Shown here in pieces: positions 1-9,488 of a DNA stretch of 64,000 nt; positions within the stretch are counted from its first letter, which is position 1, and every line of letters begins with the position of its first letter. Made by a program: the position numbers and the translations under genes. Under the pieces are notes generated by a model that had not been told where the DNA came from, searched no databases, and was given only the letters and a program-made list of their open reading frames with translations. Origin of the DNA: Candidatus Eiseniibacteriota bacterium (GTDB taxonomy: Bacteria > Eisenbacteria > RBG-16-71-46); the NCBI GenBank assembly GCA_044223005.1, contig JBGAML010000009.1, forward strand, positions 1 to 64,000. The letters run 5' to 3'.

Positions 1-89
1 CCGGCGTGGGACCAGCGCCACAAGGCACGCTCGGCCTTGTGGTAGCGACAGCTCGGGTTGGGGCAGAACGGCGGGATGAAGGTCGTCAT
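1..89 (-). CDS. 5' part of a Cys/His zinc-ribbon protein (possibly IS1/InsA-like), runs off the window edge
   Basis: Minus-strand ATG at 89 translates to MTTFIPPFCPNPSCRYHKAERALWRWSHA...; CPNPxCxxH motif; not in the ORF track because it is truncated. Confidence 0.5.
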   Translation of the reverse strand, partial: MTTFIPPFCPNPSCRYHKAERALWRWSHA

Positions 90-125
90 GCCGGAGGATC
101 ACTGCACCTCCCGCGCCAACTGCAT

Positions 126-695
126 TCATCCGAGCACAACCGGCAGGTCGCGCTTCAGGGCCAGCACCTGTCCCAGGTGCCCCGCAGCGTGTTCGAGCAT
201 GTGGAAGAGCACCCAGCGCTTCGTGAAGATGCGCCGCGTGCCGTCCGGCCGGGGCGGCCGGACGATGTCGGCGTCCAGGTCCTGGTCGCGCACGTTCGCG
301 GCGGCCGCGCGCGTGTGGGCGCCGGCCTTCGCGAGCAGCCCCTCGTAGAACGCCACGTCCTTGCCCGCGAGCGCGGGCGAGGGCGGCGCGCCTGGCGGCA
401 GCGGCAGGCCCTCGTCTTCGACGGTGATGCCGATCACGTCGTGCACGTGCCCGTCGCGCTCGCCGAGCAGGCCCACCTGTGCCACGTGCGTCTCGGCCAC
501 CGCGACGTGCGCGAGCAGCATGCCGATCGTGTTGGCGCCGGGGCGCGGCTGCCATTCGAGCTGTGCGGGCGTGAGGCCGCGCACCGCGGCGAGCAGCCGC
601 TCGCGCAGCTCGTCGACTCCCGCGATGCACGTGGCGACGTGTACGGACGCGTAGCCGGCCGGCGGCGCGAGCCGCGTGATCGTGTCGCCGCTCAT
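126..695 (-). CDS. DinB/DUF664-family protein (thiol S-transferase-like)
   Basis: C-terminal 189 aa of ORF 126..1127 from MSGDT; motifs NTIGMLLAH and WVLFHMLEHAAGHLGQ (His triad); ATGA overlap with the upstream paralog. Confidence 0.85.
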   Translation of the reverse strand: MSGDTITRLAPPAGYASVHVATCIAGVDELRERLLAAVRGLTPAQLEWQPRPGANTIGMLLAHVAVAETHVAQVGLLGERDGHVHDVIGITVEDEGLPLPPGAPPSPALAGKDVAFYEGLLAKAGAHTRAAAANVRDQDLDADIVRPPRPDGTRRIFTKRWVLFHMLEHAAGHLGQVLALKRDLPVVLG

Positions 696-1273
696 CGGCG
701 GCCCCGCTTCGCGTCGCGCTTCAGGTGCCGCAGGAGCAGCATCTGGCCGTAGTGCCCGGCCTGGTGCTCGAGCACGTGGTAGAGGATCCAGCGATTGTTG
801 GTGGTGGAGCGCGTGCCGTTCATGCGCGTGCGGGTGACGCGATGCTCGAGGTCGCGCGCGCTCATGCGCCGCGCCGTGCGCTTGGCGTACGTGCGCGCCT
901 TGTCGTGCAGCTTGCGGTACCACGCGAGCGAGCGGCCGCGCAGCGCGGCGGGCGGGCGCTTGCCCGGCGCGAGCGGCATGCCGTCGTCCCACTCGCCGAT
1001 CCCGAGCACCTTCTCGAGCGCCGGCTGCGTGTAGGTGCCGGTCGCGACCATGAGCCAGAAGACTTCGACGATCGCACAGTGGGCGAGGAGCATGCCGATC
1101 GTGTTCATGCCCGGCGCGGCCTGCCACGCGAGCTCGGCGGTCGTGATGCCGCGCAGGGCGGCGAACATGCGGCCGGAAAGATCATCCAGTTGGGCGAAGA
1201 AGGACGCCGCCTCGCGCGCGGGCCACGCCTTCGGGATCTCGATCAGCATCTGTTCGGTCTTCGGCGCGGGCAT
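692..1273 (-). CDS. DinB/DUF664-family protein, tandem paralog
   Basis: C-terminal 193 aa of ORF 692..5296 from MPAPK; motifs MNTIGMLLAH and WILYHVLEHQAGHYGQ. Confidence 0.85.
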   Translation of the reverse strand: MPAPKTEQMLIEIPKAWPAREAASFFAQLDDLSGRMFAALRGITTAELAWQAAPGMNTIGMLLAHCAIVEVFWLMVATGTYTQPALEKVLGIGEWDDGMPLAPGKRPPAALRGRSLAWYRKLHDKARTYAKRTARRMSARDLEHRVTRTRMNGTRSTTNNRWILYHVLEHQAGHYGQMLLLRHLKRDAKRGRR

Positions 1274-1387
1274 CCGGCCTCCGAGGGCTTGAGGGAAGGG
1301 CACGTGCGGCCCGATACTGCGACGTGGCACGCGCAGGGAACCGGAGCCGCGTGTCGCCGTCAAGACCCGAGATGCGAGGAGGCCGCC

Positions 1388-2746
1388 CTGAGCGAACCGA
1401 CGCCGCCACGACCGAGCGAGGCCGCAGCCGCCGGAGCACCGTCGCCGTTCGCGGCGCCCGGGCAGCCCGCGCCGGGCGTGCACTCGACCAAGTTCACGTT
1501 CCCGGTGGGCTTCCTCTGGGGCGCCGCCACGTCGGCGCACCAGGTCGAGGGCGGCAACACGCTCAACGACTGGTGGGCGTGGGAGCAGGCCGGCAAGGTG
1601 AAGGAGCCCTCGGGCGCCGCGGCCGACCACTTCCACCGCTATCGCGACGACTTCGAGATGGCGCGAGCGATCGAGCACAACGCGCACCGCTTCTCGCTCG
1701 AGTGGAGCCGGATCGAGCCCGAGGAAGGACGCTGGTCCGACGAGGCGATCGCGCACTACCGCGACGTGCTGCGCACGCTGCGCGGGCTCGGGATCGAGCC
1801 CGTGGTGACGCTCTACCACTACACGATGCCGCGCTGGATGGCCGAGAAGGGCGGGTGGGACAGCGCCAAGATGGAGCGCTACTACGCGCGCTACGTGCGG
1901 CACGTGGTGGCCACGCTCGGCGACGAGATCCGCTGGTACGTGACGCTCAACGAGCCCGTGGTGCAGGTGTTCAAGGGCTGGCTGCTCGGCCAGTGGCCGC
2001 CCGGCCGCACCGACTGGCCCGGTGCGCTCAAGGTCCTGCGCCGCATGCTGCGCGCGCACGTGCGCGCCTATCACCTGATCCACGACGCGCAGCCCAACGC
2101 GCGCGTCGGGATCGCCAAGCACGTGCTCGCGCTCTCGGCCGACAACCCGCGGAGCTGGCGCGACCGGCTTTCCGTGCGCACGCGGAGCTACTTCTTCAAC
2201 CTGCTGTTCGTGGACGCGCTGCACACCGGCGCACTGCGTGTGCCCGGGTTCTTCTGGGAACGGCTCCCCATGGGGCGCACGCTCGACTTCATCGGCATCA
2301 ACTACTACACCCGCGACTTCGTGCGGAACTCGGGCTACGACCTGCCCGGGCTGATGGGCAACTTCGCGAAGCACGACCACCGCCAGCAGGTGGGCAAGCT
2401 CAACGACCTCGGCTGGGAGGTGTACCCGGAAGGCCTCGCTCAGTACCTGCGCGAGTTCGCGCGCTTCAAGCTGCCGATCCTGATCACCGAGAACGGCGTG
2501 CCCGCACGCGACGACGACGATCGCTGGCAGTTCATCTTCATGCACCTCTGGCAGGTCGCGCGCGCGATCGCCGACGGCGTGAACGTGGTCGGCTACCTCT
2601 ACTGGTCGCTGCTCGACAACTACGAGTGGGCCGACGGCTACGGCGCCAAGTTCGGCCTGCTCGAGGTCGACTTCGCGACCCAGCAACGCCGCATCCGGCC
2701 CAGCGCCTGGAAGCTCGCGCACATCATCCGCGAGAACGCGCTGTAG
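1388..2746 (+). CDS. Glycoside hydrolase family 1 (beta-glucosidase-like)
   Basis: FPVGFLWGAATSAHQVEG, acid/base TLNEP, nucleophile ITENG, WSLLDNYEW; start uncertain (CTG 1388 after GAGGAGG, or GTG 1478). Confidence 0.93.
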   Translation: MSEPTPPRPSEAAAAGAPSPFAAPGQPAPGVHSTKFTFPVGFLWGAATSAHQVEGGNTLNDWWAWEQAGKVKEPSGAAADHFHRYRDDFEMARAIEHNAHRFSLEWSRIEPEEGRWSDEAIAHYRDVLRTLRGLGIEPVVTLYHYTMPRWMAEKGGWDSAKMERYYARYVRHVVATLGDEIRWYVTLNEPVVQVFKGWLLGQWPPGRTDWPGALKVLRRMLRAHVRAYHLIHDAQPNARVGIAKHVLALSADNPRSWRDRLSVRTRSYFFNLLFVDALHTGALRVPGFFWERLPMGRTLDFIGINYYTRDFVRNSGYDLPGLMGNFAKHDHRQQVGKLNDLGWEVYPEGLAQYLREFARFKLPILITENGVPARDDDDRWQFIFMHLWQVARAIADGVNVVGYLYWSLLDNYEWADGYGAKFGLLEVDFATQQRRIRPSAWKLAHIIRENAL

Positions 2747-2801
2747 GCCGTCCCGCGCCGCGCGCGGCCAGCTCGCGACTCCACGCGAAGACGTCTCCGA
2801 C

Positions 2802-2815
2802 TTGACCGCGGTCAA
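2802..2815. promoter_or_regulatory. FNR/CRP-family-like box TTGAC-N4-GTCAA
   Basis: Perfect palindrome TTGACCGCGGTCAA in the intergenic region about 190 nt upstream of the multiheme cytochrome at 3005. Confidence 0.5.
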
Positions 2816-3004
2816 CGCCGATTTGGCAGCGCGGTGACGAACGTGCAGGGAGGGAGGCGCCGCGCGGGCGCCGTGCACGGCCCTCAGCGCGGCGAGCGCT
2901 GTTGAGCGGCGCCGACTTCCCGCCTCGCACAGCGTCACGCGGACCCGGCACGAGCGATGCAATGCGCTCGGCGTACTCGACTCGTCCCCACCGAGGAGGT
3001 CCGC

Positions 3005-5695
3005 ATGCGTGCACGTCTCTTGGCCGTTCCGATCGGCGCCGCGTCCCTCGTGCTCGTGGCCACCCTGGCCACGCTCCCGGCGGCGCTGGCCCGCCCCACG
3101 ATCCGCACTTCGTTCTTCAACTCGTATCCAGCGGCGGTCGGGAGCAAGCTGGATAACCTGCCGAGCCACGCCGGCCACTGCGGTGTCTGCCACTACGACC
3201 TCAACGGCGGCGGGACGCGGAACCCCTATGGCGTGCGGCTGGGTTCCGTCATCGGCAACTACTCGAACAACGACGCCGGGCGGCAGCAGGCGATCCATTC
3301 GATCGAGACCGAGGATCCCGACGGCGACGGGTTCACTTCGCTCGTCGAGATCACGCAGCTCACGTACTCGAACACGCCCACGTTCCCTGGGCTGACGCCG
3401 GCAAATGTCGGCAGCTGCACGAACATTCCCGTACTCGCCGAGTTGACGCCGTATCTCGTGCCGCAATCCGCACTCGACACGCAGCCGCCCACGGTGAACC
3501 TCGTGTCGCCCGATGGCGGCAACTCCTGGGTGGGCGGATCGCTCCACGCGATCACGTGGACCGCCACCGACAACGTGGGGGTGACTTCGATCGACGTCTA
3601 CTGGCGGGATTCCGCGGCGCACGCCTGGACGCCGATGGCCTATGGCATCGCCAACGGCGGCACGCGCGACTGGTACGTGCCGAACATGCCGACGACTTCG
3701 GCGCAGGTGCTGGTGGTGGCGTGGGACGCGCGCGGCAACGCCGGTCGCGACTCCAGCAGCGCGGGGTTCACGGTCACGGCGACGCCCGGTGGAATCGCGC
3801 CGACGACGCTGCGCGACTTCGACCTGCCGGGCTCGCAGCCGCTGCAGGTGAGCTCGCTCGAGCCCTCGGGGACCTGCATCACGTGCCACGGCGGCTACGA
3901 CCCCGCGAACGAGCCCGGCCGGCTCTTCCGTGGCAGCATGATGGCGCAGGCCGGGCGCGATCCGCTCTTCTACGCCTGCCTCGCCGTCGCCGACCACGAT
4001 GCGCCGTCGGCCGGAGACCTGTGCATTCGCTGTCACTCCATGGGCGGCTGGATGGCAGGCCGCAGCCAGCCGACGAGCGGCAGCCAGCTGGGCGCCGCGG
4101 ATCGTGATGGCGTGAGCTGTGACCTGTGTCATCGCATGGCCGATCCCGTCTACGTCGCGGGCACGAGTCCCGCCGAAGACGCGGGCGTCCTCGCCTCCTT
4201 GCTGCCCGCGCATACGCCGACCAACTATTCGAGCGGACAGATGGTGATCGACCCGCAGGCCCGGCGACGCGGGCCGTTCAGCGACACCGTCTCGCCGCAC
4301 CAGGTGCTCACCTCGCCGTTCCACCGGAGCGGCGAGTTCTGCGGGACGTGCCACGACGTGTCGAACCCGGCCCTGCAGCGCACCGGCCCCGTGGATTACT
4401 CCGTCGGGCCGTTGGATCAGCCCGCGGCGAGCCTGCTCTCCAGCGACGTGATGCCGCTCGAGCGCACCTACAGCGAGTGGAAGCACAGCGCGTACCCCGC
4501 CGGCGTGTACGCGCCGCAGTTCGCAGGCAATCGTCCCGACGGAACCGTGAGTTCCTGCCAGGATTGCCACATGCCCGATGCGAGCGCGAAGGGCTGCAAC
4601 GATCCGCTGGCCGCCGTGCGCCCTGACCTGCCGCGTCACGACTTGACGGGCGGGAGTTCGTGGATGATCGGCGTTGTGGGGACGCTGTATCCGGCCGAGA
4701 CCGATGCCGCATCCCTCGCCGACGGCTCTGCGCGGTCGCAGGCGCTGCTGGCGAAGGCTGCCACGCTCGGCCTCGCCATTCAGCTCGAGGGCGACAGCAC
4801 ACGAGCCAGCGTCACCGTCACCAACCAGACCGGGCACAAGCTGCCGACGGGATATCCCGAAGGCCGCCGCATGTGGCTGCACGTCCGCGCCTACGACCAG
4901 GGCGGCGCGCTCGTTTACGAGAGCGGGGCCTACGACGCCGCGACCGGCGTGCTGGCGTCGGATCCCGCGCTGCGTTGCTACGAGACGCATCTCGGCATTT
5001 CGCCGCCGCTCGCGGCCGCGCTGGGCGCCTCGGCCGGGCCATCGTTCCACTTCGCGCTCAACGACACCGTTTACCTGGACAATCGCATCCCACCGCTCGG
5101 GTTTACCCAGGCCGCATTCGCCTCGTTCGGGGCGGCGCCTGTGGATCCCAGGTTCACCGGGCCCGGGAACCGCTACGCCGACGGCCAGAACTGGGACGTC
5201 GCCGAGTATTCTCTGCCGCGGGCCGCGCGGCTCGTGACGGTGCGTCTCCTCTACCAGAGCACGAGCCGGGACTACGTCGAGTTCCTTCGCGACCACAACG
5301 TCACCAACACCGCCGGCCAGGCGCTCTACGATGCATGGGTGGCGAACGGCCGGGCCGCACCGGTGGAGATGGTGCGCGACTCGATCGTGTTCACCCCGGC
5401 GGCGGTCGGGGATCCGCTGCAGCGCACCGCGTGGACCCTTCGCGGCAATCCGTTCTCTGGCGAGCTGGCCTTCGAGCTCGCCCTCGCGAAGGAGTCGCGG
5501 ACACAGTGGACCGTCTTCGACGCGCAGGGCCGCGTGGTCGCGGGCATGCCGGTGCGACGACTGCAGCCGGGATCACATCGATTCGTGTGGGACGGTCGTG
5601 ATCGCTCCGGACGCGATGCGGGTGCGGGCGTCTTCTGGCTCCGCATGCTCGCCGACGACCAGGTCGTGACGAAGCGCGTGGCGCGGCTGCGGTAG
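3005..5695 (+). CDS. Secreted hexaheme c-type cytochrome with Ig-like domain and C-terminal FlgD-Ig/T9SS-like domain
   Basis: GAGGAGGT RBS then MRARLLAV signal peptide; six CxxCH (CGVCH, CITCH, CIRCH, CDLCH, CGTCH, CQDCH); GHKLPTGYP; tail NPFSG...WDGRDRSGRDAGAGVFWLRM. Confidence 0.88.
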   Translation: MRARLLAVPIGAASLVLVATLATLPAALARPTIRTSFFNSYPAAVGSKLDNLPSHAGHCGVCHYDLNGGGTRNPYGVRLGSVIGNYSNNDAGRQQAIHSIETEDPDGDGFTSLVEITQLTYSNTPTFPGLTPANVGSCTNIPVLAELTPYLVPQSALDTQPPTVNLVSPDGGNSWVGGSLHAITWTATDNVGVTSIDVYWRDSAAHAWTPMAYGIANGGTRDWYVPNMPTTSAQVLVVAWDARGNAGRDSSSAGFTVTATPGGIAPTTLRDFDLPGSQPLQVSSLEPSGTCITCHGGYDPANEPGRLFRGSMMAQAGRDPLFYACLAVADHDAPSAGDLCIRCHSMGGWMAGRSQPTSGSQLGAADRDGVSCDLCHRMADPVYVAGTSPAEDAGVLASLLPAHTPTNYSSGQMVIDPQARRRGPFSDTVSPHQVLTSPFHRSGEFCGTCHDVSNPALQRTGPVDYSVGPLDQPAASLLSSDVMPLERTYSEWKHSAYPAGVYAPQFAGNRPDGTVSSCQDCHMPDASAKGCNDPLAAVRPDLPRHDLTGGSSWMIGVVGTLYPAETDAASLADGSARSQALLAKAATLGLAIQLEGDSTRASVTVTNQTGHKLPTGYPEGRRMWLHVRAYDQGGALVYESGAYDAATGVLASDPALRCYETHLGISPPLAAALGASAGPSFHFALNDTVYLDNRIPPLGFTQAAFASFGAAPVDPRFTGPGNRYADGQNWDVAEYSLPRAARLVTVRLLYQSTSRDYVEFLRDHNVTNTAGQALYDAWVANGRAAPVEMVRDSIVFTPAAVGDPLQRTAWTLRGNPFSGELAFELALAKESRTQWTVFDAQGRVVAGMPVRRLQPGSHRFVWDGRDRSGRDAGAGVFWLRMLADDQVVTKRVARLR

Positions 5696-5714
5696 GCCGG
5701 CACGCGGGACTCCG

Positions 5715-5745
5715 GGCTCCGGGCGGATCGCTTCCGCCCGGAGCC
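5715..5745 (+). terminator. Stem-loop after cytochrome gene
   Basis: 13-bp stem GGCTCCGGGCGGA/TCCGCCCGGAGCC, 5-nt loop, about 20 nt after the stop; weak U-tract. Confidence 0.5.
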
Positions 5746-5888
5746 TATGCGTTCGGGGTGCGGCCGCGCCAGCCGCGCCCCGAACGCCGCCGCGCGGGCT
5801 TCGGGTGGGGCGCAAGTCCGGCCGCGGACGGGCCGATAACTTCCGGGAAACGGCCCACGGTCCTCGTCCGCCCCCGGAGGTGCATTCC

Positions 5889-6515
5889 GTGACCCGACTG
5901 TCGTGGATGTTCATCGCGCTGGCGATCGTGTTCGCGGTCGCCGGGATCGCCCTGCAGTCGATCCCGCAGCGCACCGTGACCGACGACTCGGTCGCGCTCG
6001 CGTCGGCACGCGCGGACTCCGCCGCCGCGGCGGCGGCCGCCACCGCACCTGCGCCGCCCGCGCCCCCCGAGCTGCCCGCGCTGCGCGTGGGCGAGTCGCT
6101 GTCCGAGGTCTCGGCCACGATGCCCGGCGTGATCCCGCGCTCGGTCAACGCGTCCTTCGGCAACGGTGCGAGCGCGTACGAGTGGAACGAGACCATGGGC
6201 CGCTACATGCTCGCCGAGTTCGTGGACGGCCGGCTCGTGATCGGCAACGTGCGCCGCCCGTACGTCGACCGCCTGCCGCCGGTGGAAGCGAGCGCGCTGC
6301 AGAACCTGCATCCCGGCATGACGCGCGCCGAGATCGAGGCGCAGGTCGGCCCGGGTTACGCGATGACGCGTGCCGTCGCCACCGGGATCGACGGCGACTT
6401 GATCACCGACGGCTGGTCGATCCGGGATCGCGGCGTGGGCAGTGGCCGCAATCTCATGGTCACGTACCGCGACGGCCGCGCCGCGAGCGTGATCTACCCG
6501 GGCGCGCGCCCGTGA
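5889..6515 (+). CDS. Hypothetical membrane-anchored protein (SmpA/BamE-like motif LHPGMTRAEIEAQVG)
   Basis: GGAGG RBS, GTG start, N-terminal hydrophobic helix; GTGA overlap with next gene. Confidence 0.7.
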   Translation: MTRLSWMFIALAIVFAVAGIALQSIPQRTVTDDSVALASARADSAAAAAAATAPAPPAPPELPALRVGESLSEVSATMPGVIPRSVNASFGNGASAYEWNETMGRYMLAEFVDGRLVIGNVRRPYVDRLPPVEASALQNLHPGMTRAEIEAQVGPGYAMTRAVATGIDGDLITDGWSIRDRGVGSGRNLMVTYRDGRAASVIYPGARP

Positions 6516-7129
6516 GGCTGCGCCTGCGCGCATGGCTGGCGGTGGGCGCGCTCGCGCTCGCCCTGGCCGGGTGCGGCGGCGGCCACCCGGTCGCGCGCCA
6601 TGCCGACTGGGACGACCGCTGGCCCGCGCTGGCGCGCGCCGGAGAGCGCTGGCGGCCCGGCGTCGAGTTCACCGTGTTGACGCGCACCGGCACCGACGCG
6701 GGCCCCCAGACGCAGCGCGAGCGCTGGACGCTGCTCAAGCGCGACAGCGTCGGCGGCGACTTCGAGATCACGCGCGTCGGCCACGCGCCGACCGTGCGCT
6801 GGGAGCGGTTCCACCCCGCGGTGCCGCGCGTGCCCATGTACGGGAGCAGCGGCCGCAACGCGCTCTACCCGGTCGTCGGCGGGCTCGTACCGGTGACCGT
6901 GCCCGCGGGCCGCTTCCGCTGCGGTCACACGTGGCGATCGTTCACGCTCTCCGACGGCGCCGTGATGCGCGAGGACGCATGGTGGGCGCCCGGCATTCCC
7001 GTGCCCGTGCAGCGCTGGGTGCGATGGGAGGGCGTCGCGGACACGCTGCGCTCGCCCCCGAAGCGTGCCGCCGACGTGCGCTACGGCACCGAGTGGGCCG
7101 TCCTGGAGCGGATCCGGCAGTCGCAGTAG
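6366..7129 (+). repeat. 764-bp diverged direct repeat, copy 1 (copy 2 at 16738..17501)
   Basis: Collinear match from ACGCGTGCCGTCGCC to the GCAGTAG stop; equal length in both copies. Confidence 0.92.
6512..7129 (+). CDS. Hypothetical lipoprotein
   Basis: Lipobox LAG-C after basic/hydrophobic leader; VTVPAGRFRC motif; paralog at 16884..17501. Confidence 0.8.
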   Translation: MRLRLRAWLAVGALALALAGCGGGHPVARHADWDDRWPALARAGERWRPGVEFTVLTRTGTDAGPQTQRERWTLLKRDSVGGDFEITRVGHAPTVRWERFHPAVPRVPMYGSSGRNALYPVVGGLVPVTVPAGRFRCGHTWRSFTLSDGAVMREDAWWAPGIPVPVQRWVRWEGVADTLRSPPKRAADVRYGTEWAVLERIRQSQ

Positions 7130-7142
7130 CCGCGCGCCGCGC

Positions 7143-7823
7143 TCAGGACCTGGTGTCGATCCGGATCGACGTCACCCACATGGGGCGGATCAGGTGGTCG
7201 ACCAACCACTCCGCGTCCTTGGTGAACGGGACTTCCTCGTGCGCCGCTCCCTGGCCGGCGAGGTTCACCTTCAGCACGCTCAGGTTCCAGTTGGTGCTGA
7301 AGCCCTTCACCATGATCGCGTTGTCCTGCGTGTTCATGTAGGTGAGGTGCGAGTTGAGCTCGGATCGGGACTCGACCTTCTCGGCGGTGATGAAGAAGAG
7401 CTCCTCGCCGAGGTCCTGCACCTGCGTGCGGAACGTCGCGACTTCGCCCGGCGTGGGGTAGTAACCGGAGGCGACCACCCGCAGCATGCGGTCGCGATCC
7501 TGCTTGCGGCGCGAGATCTCGTAGACCGTGAGCCGCACGGGCGCTGTCGTGATGCGGCAGCGGCCCACCAGTTCGGTGCCGGGGCGCGCGCCGATCCGGA
7601 CCAGCGAGAGGAAGTCGGGACCGAAGCGGCGGTCCATGGACTCCTTGAGCTTGGTGAGCGGCCGGGTCTTGAGCCCCTGCAGCTTCTCGGGCAGGAGCGG
7701 CACCGGCGCGCCCGCGCCGGTCGCGACCTCGATCGGGCCCGGCGCCACCGCGTGAGCGGCGATCGCCGACAGCGCGAGCGCGGCCGCCAGAAGGGCGATA
7801 CGCAGGCTGCGGATCTTCGTCAT
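7143..7823 (-). CDS. Hypothetical secreted protein
   Basis: GGAGGA RBS, MTKIRSLRIALLAAALALSAIAAHA signal peptide, host-like codon usage. Confidence 0.75.
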   Translation of the reverse strand: MTKIRSLRIALLAAALALSAIAAHAVAPGPIEVATGAGAPVPLLPEKLQGLKTRPLTKLKESMDRRFGPDFLSLVRIGARPGTELVGRCRITTAPVRLTVYEISRRKQDRDRMLRVVASGYYPTPGEVATFRTQVQDLGEELFFITAEKVESRSELNSHLTYMNTQDNAIMVKGFSTNWNLSVLKVNLAGQGAAHEEVPFTKDAEWLVDHLIRPMWVTSIRIDTRS

Positions 7824-8098
7824 GGGGCTTCCTCCCGGATGCGGAGCCGAGCGTTCGGGCGCGACACGCGACGCGCCGCCGTCGCATGGTTTTCGACGTT
7901 TCGGCGCGGGCACTTGAACCGTACTTCCGGGCCGTGCGGCATGGCCAGATGCGCGGCCGAAGGCGACATGCCGTTCGCCTCCATGGCACGAGAGAAACGG
8001 CAGACTCCGGGCGCATGTCGATTTCGCGTTAGGACCGCCACGCGGGCGCGAAGGGAAGGACGACACCTGCGACCCTTCCCGCCACGCGAGGCCCCGTC

Positions 8099-9055
8099 AT
8101 GCGCACCCCCGTGAAGCATCCTGCCGCCGCCGTGCTGCTCGCCGCGACGCTGCTGTCGCCCCTGCAGGTCTTCGCCGCCCCGACCTACCTGCTGCAGTGG
8201 GGCACGCCCGGCACGGCGCCGGGCCAGTTCCAGGACCCGTTCGACGTGAAGGTCGGCGCGGGCGGCACCGTGTACGTGGCCGACGCCGTCAGCAACTCGA
8301 TCCAGGCGTTCACGAGCACCGGCGGATATCTCTTCCAGTGGTACTCCCCGGGCATCTACCAGCTCGCGATCGACGGCTCGGGCGACGTCTATGCCGCATG
8401 CTACGGCCTGAGCGCCGTGCAGAAGTTCGACGCCGCAGGCAACCTGCTCACGCAGTGGGGCAGCTACGGTACGGGCAACGGGCAGTTCCAGCAGGTGTCG
8501 GGTGTCGCCGTGGACGCGACCGGCGACGTCTACGTGGTGGACTGGGCCGGCTGCCGCGTGGAGAAGTTCACGAGCACCGGCACGTACCTGACCCAGTGGG
8601 GCACCAACGGCAGCGGCAACGGCCAGTTCATCGACCCGTACGGGATCGCCGTCGGCCCGAGCGGCACCGTGTACGTGGTGGACCGCGGCAACAGCCGCGT
8701 GCAGGCGTTCACCAGTACCGGCACGTACCTGACGCAGTGGGGCACGAACGGCGCCGGCAACGGCCAGTTCAACCAGCCGTTCGGGATCACCACGGACGCC
8801 ATCGGTCTCGTGTACGTGGTGGATGCCGGCAACTGCCGCGTGGAAGCGTTCACGCCCACGGGCGGCTACGTCGATCAGTGGGGCACGATCGGCGGTGGCA
8901 ATGGCCAGTTCCTCTATCCGTACGGCATCGGCCTCGACACGGGCGGCAACATCTACGTCACCGACGCCGGCAACGCGCGCGTGGAGAAGTTCGGCCAGCT
9001 CGCGACACCGACGCACACCGCGACGTGGGGCGGGCTCAAGGCGCTGTACCGCTAG
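8099..9055 (+). CDS. Secreted NHL-repeat six-bladed beta-propeller with C-terminal TWGGLKALYR tail
   Basis: Six repeats of QWGTxGxGNGQFxxPxGIAVDxxGxVYVVDxGNxRV; signal peptide. Confidence 0.9.
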   Translation: MRTPVKHPAAAVLLAATLLSPLQVFAAPTYLLQWGTPGTAPGQFQDPFDVKVGAGGTVYVADAVSNSIQAFTSTGGYLFQWYSPGIYQLAIDGSGDVYAACYGLSAVQKFDAAGNLLTQWGSYGTGNGQFQQVSGVAVDATGDVYVVDWAGCRVEKFTSTGTYLTQWGTNGSGNGQFIDPYGIAVGPSGTVYVVDRGNSRVQAFTSTGTYLTQWGTNGAGNGQFNQPFGITTDAIGLVYVVDAGNCRVEAFTPTGGYVDQWGTIGGGNGQFLYPYGIGLDTGGNIYVTDAGNARVEKFGQLATPTHTATWGGLKALYR

Positions 9056-9146
9056 GGCGAGCTTCGACCGGCTCCGGCGCGGGCGGGCCGTGTATGCTGG
9101 GGTGGCGCGAGTGGCGCGTCATCCCAACGCATGCCGGAGACCCCGA

Positions 9147-9488
9147 ATGGACCGCGTCTACAAGACCGATATTCCCGCGTACGTCGAATCTCTCGCCGCG
9201 TTGCGCAAGGCGTTCGCGAAGCTCGAGACGAGCACCGACTGGGGGCGCCTGCGAATCGATCCGTTGCTTGCGCATGCGCGCGGCCTGCTGAGGATCCAGC
9301 GTTCGCCGAAGTTCGCCCGCGAGTCGTCGCGACTGCGCAAAGGCGTGCGGATGTTCCGCTCGGACCTGCTCTACCTGCGCGAGAACATCCGCGCGCTGAA
9401 GGCGATCCTCGACGCCGAGCAGGAGCGCGAGCGGCGCTCGCCGGCGACGGCAGCCCCGGCACGCCGCGCGGCGAAGCGGGCGCGATGA
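9147..9488 (+). CDS. Hypothetical basic helical protein
   Basis: GGAG RBS, ATG 9147; ATGA coupling to next ORF. Confidence 0.65.
   Translation: MDRVYKTDIPAYVESLAALRKAFAKLETSTDWGRLRIDPLLAHARGLLRIQRSPKFARESSRLRKGVRMFRSDLLYLRENIRALKAILDAEQERERRSPATAAPARRAAKRAR

Noticed and set aside
1274..5296. N-terminal ~1340 aa of the 1534-aa minus ORF 692..5296
   Set aside because: Shadow of GH1 and the cytochrome; only the last 193 aa (DinB) look real
8180..8990. Regular ~141-bp DNA repeats resembling an array
   Set aside because: Coding NHL repeats; no constant repeat/unique spacer structure and no cas genes, so not CRISPR
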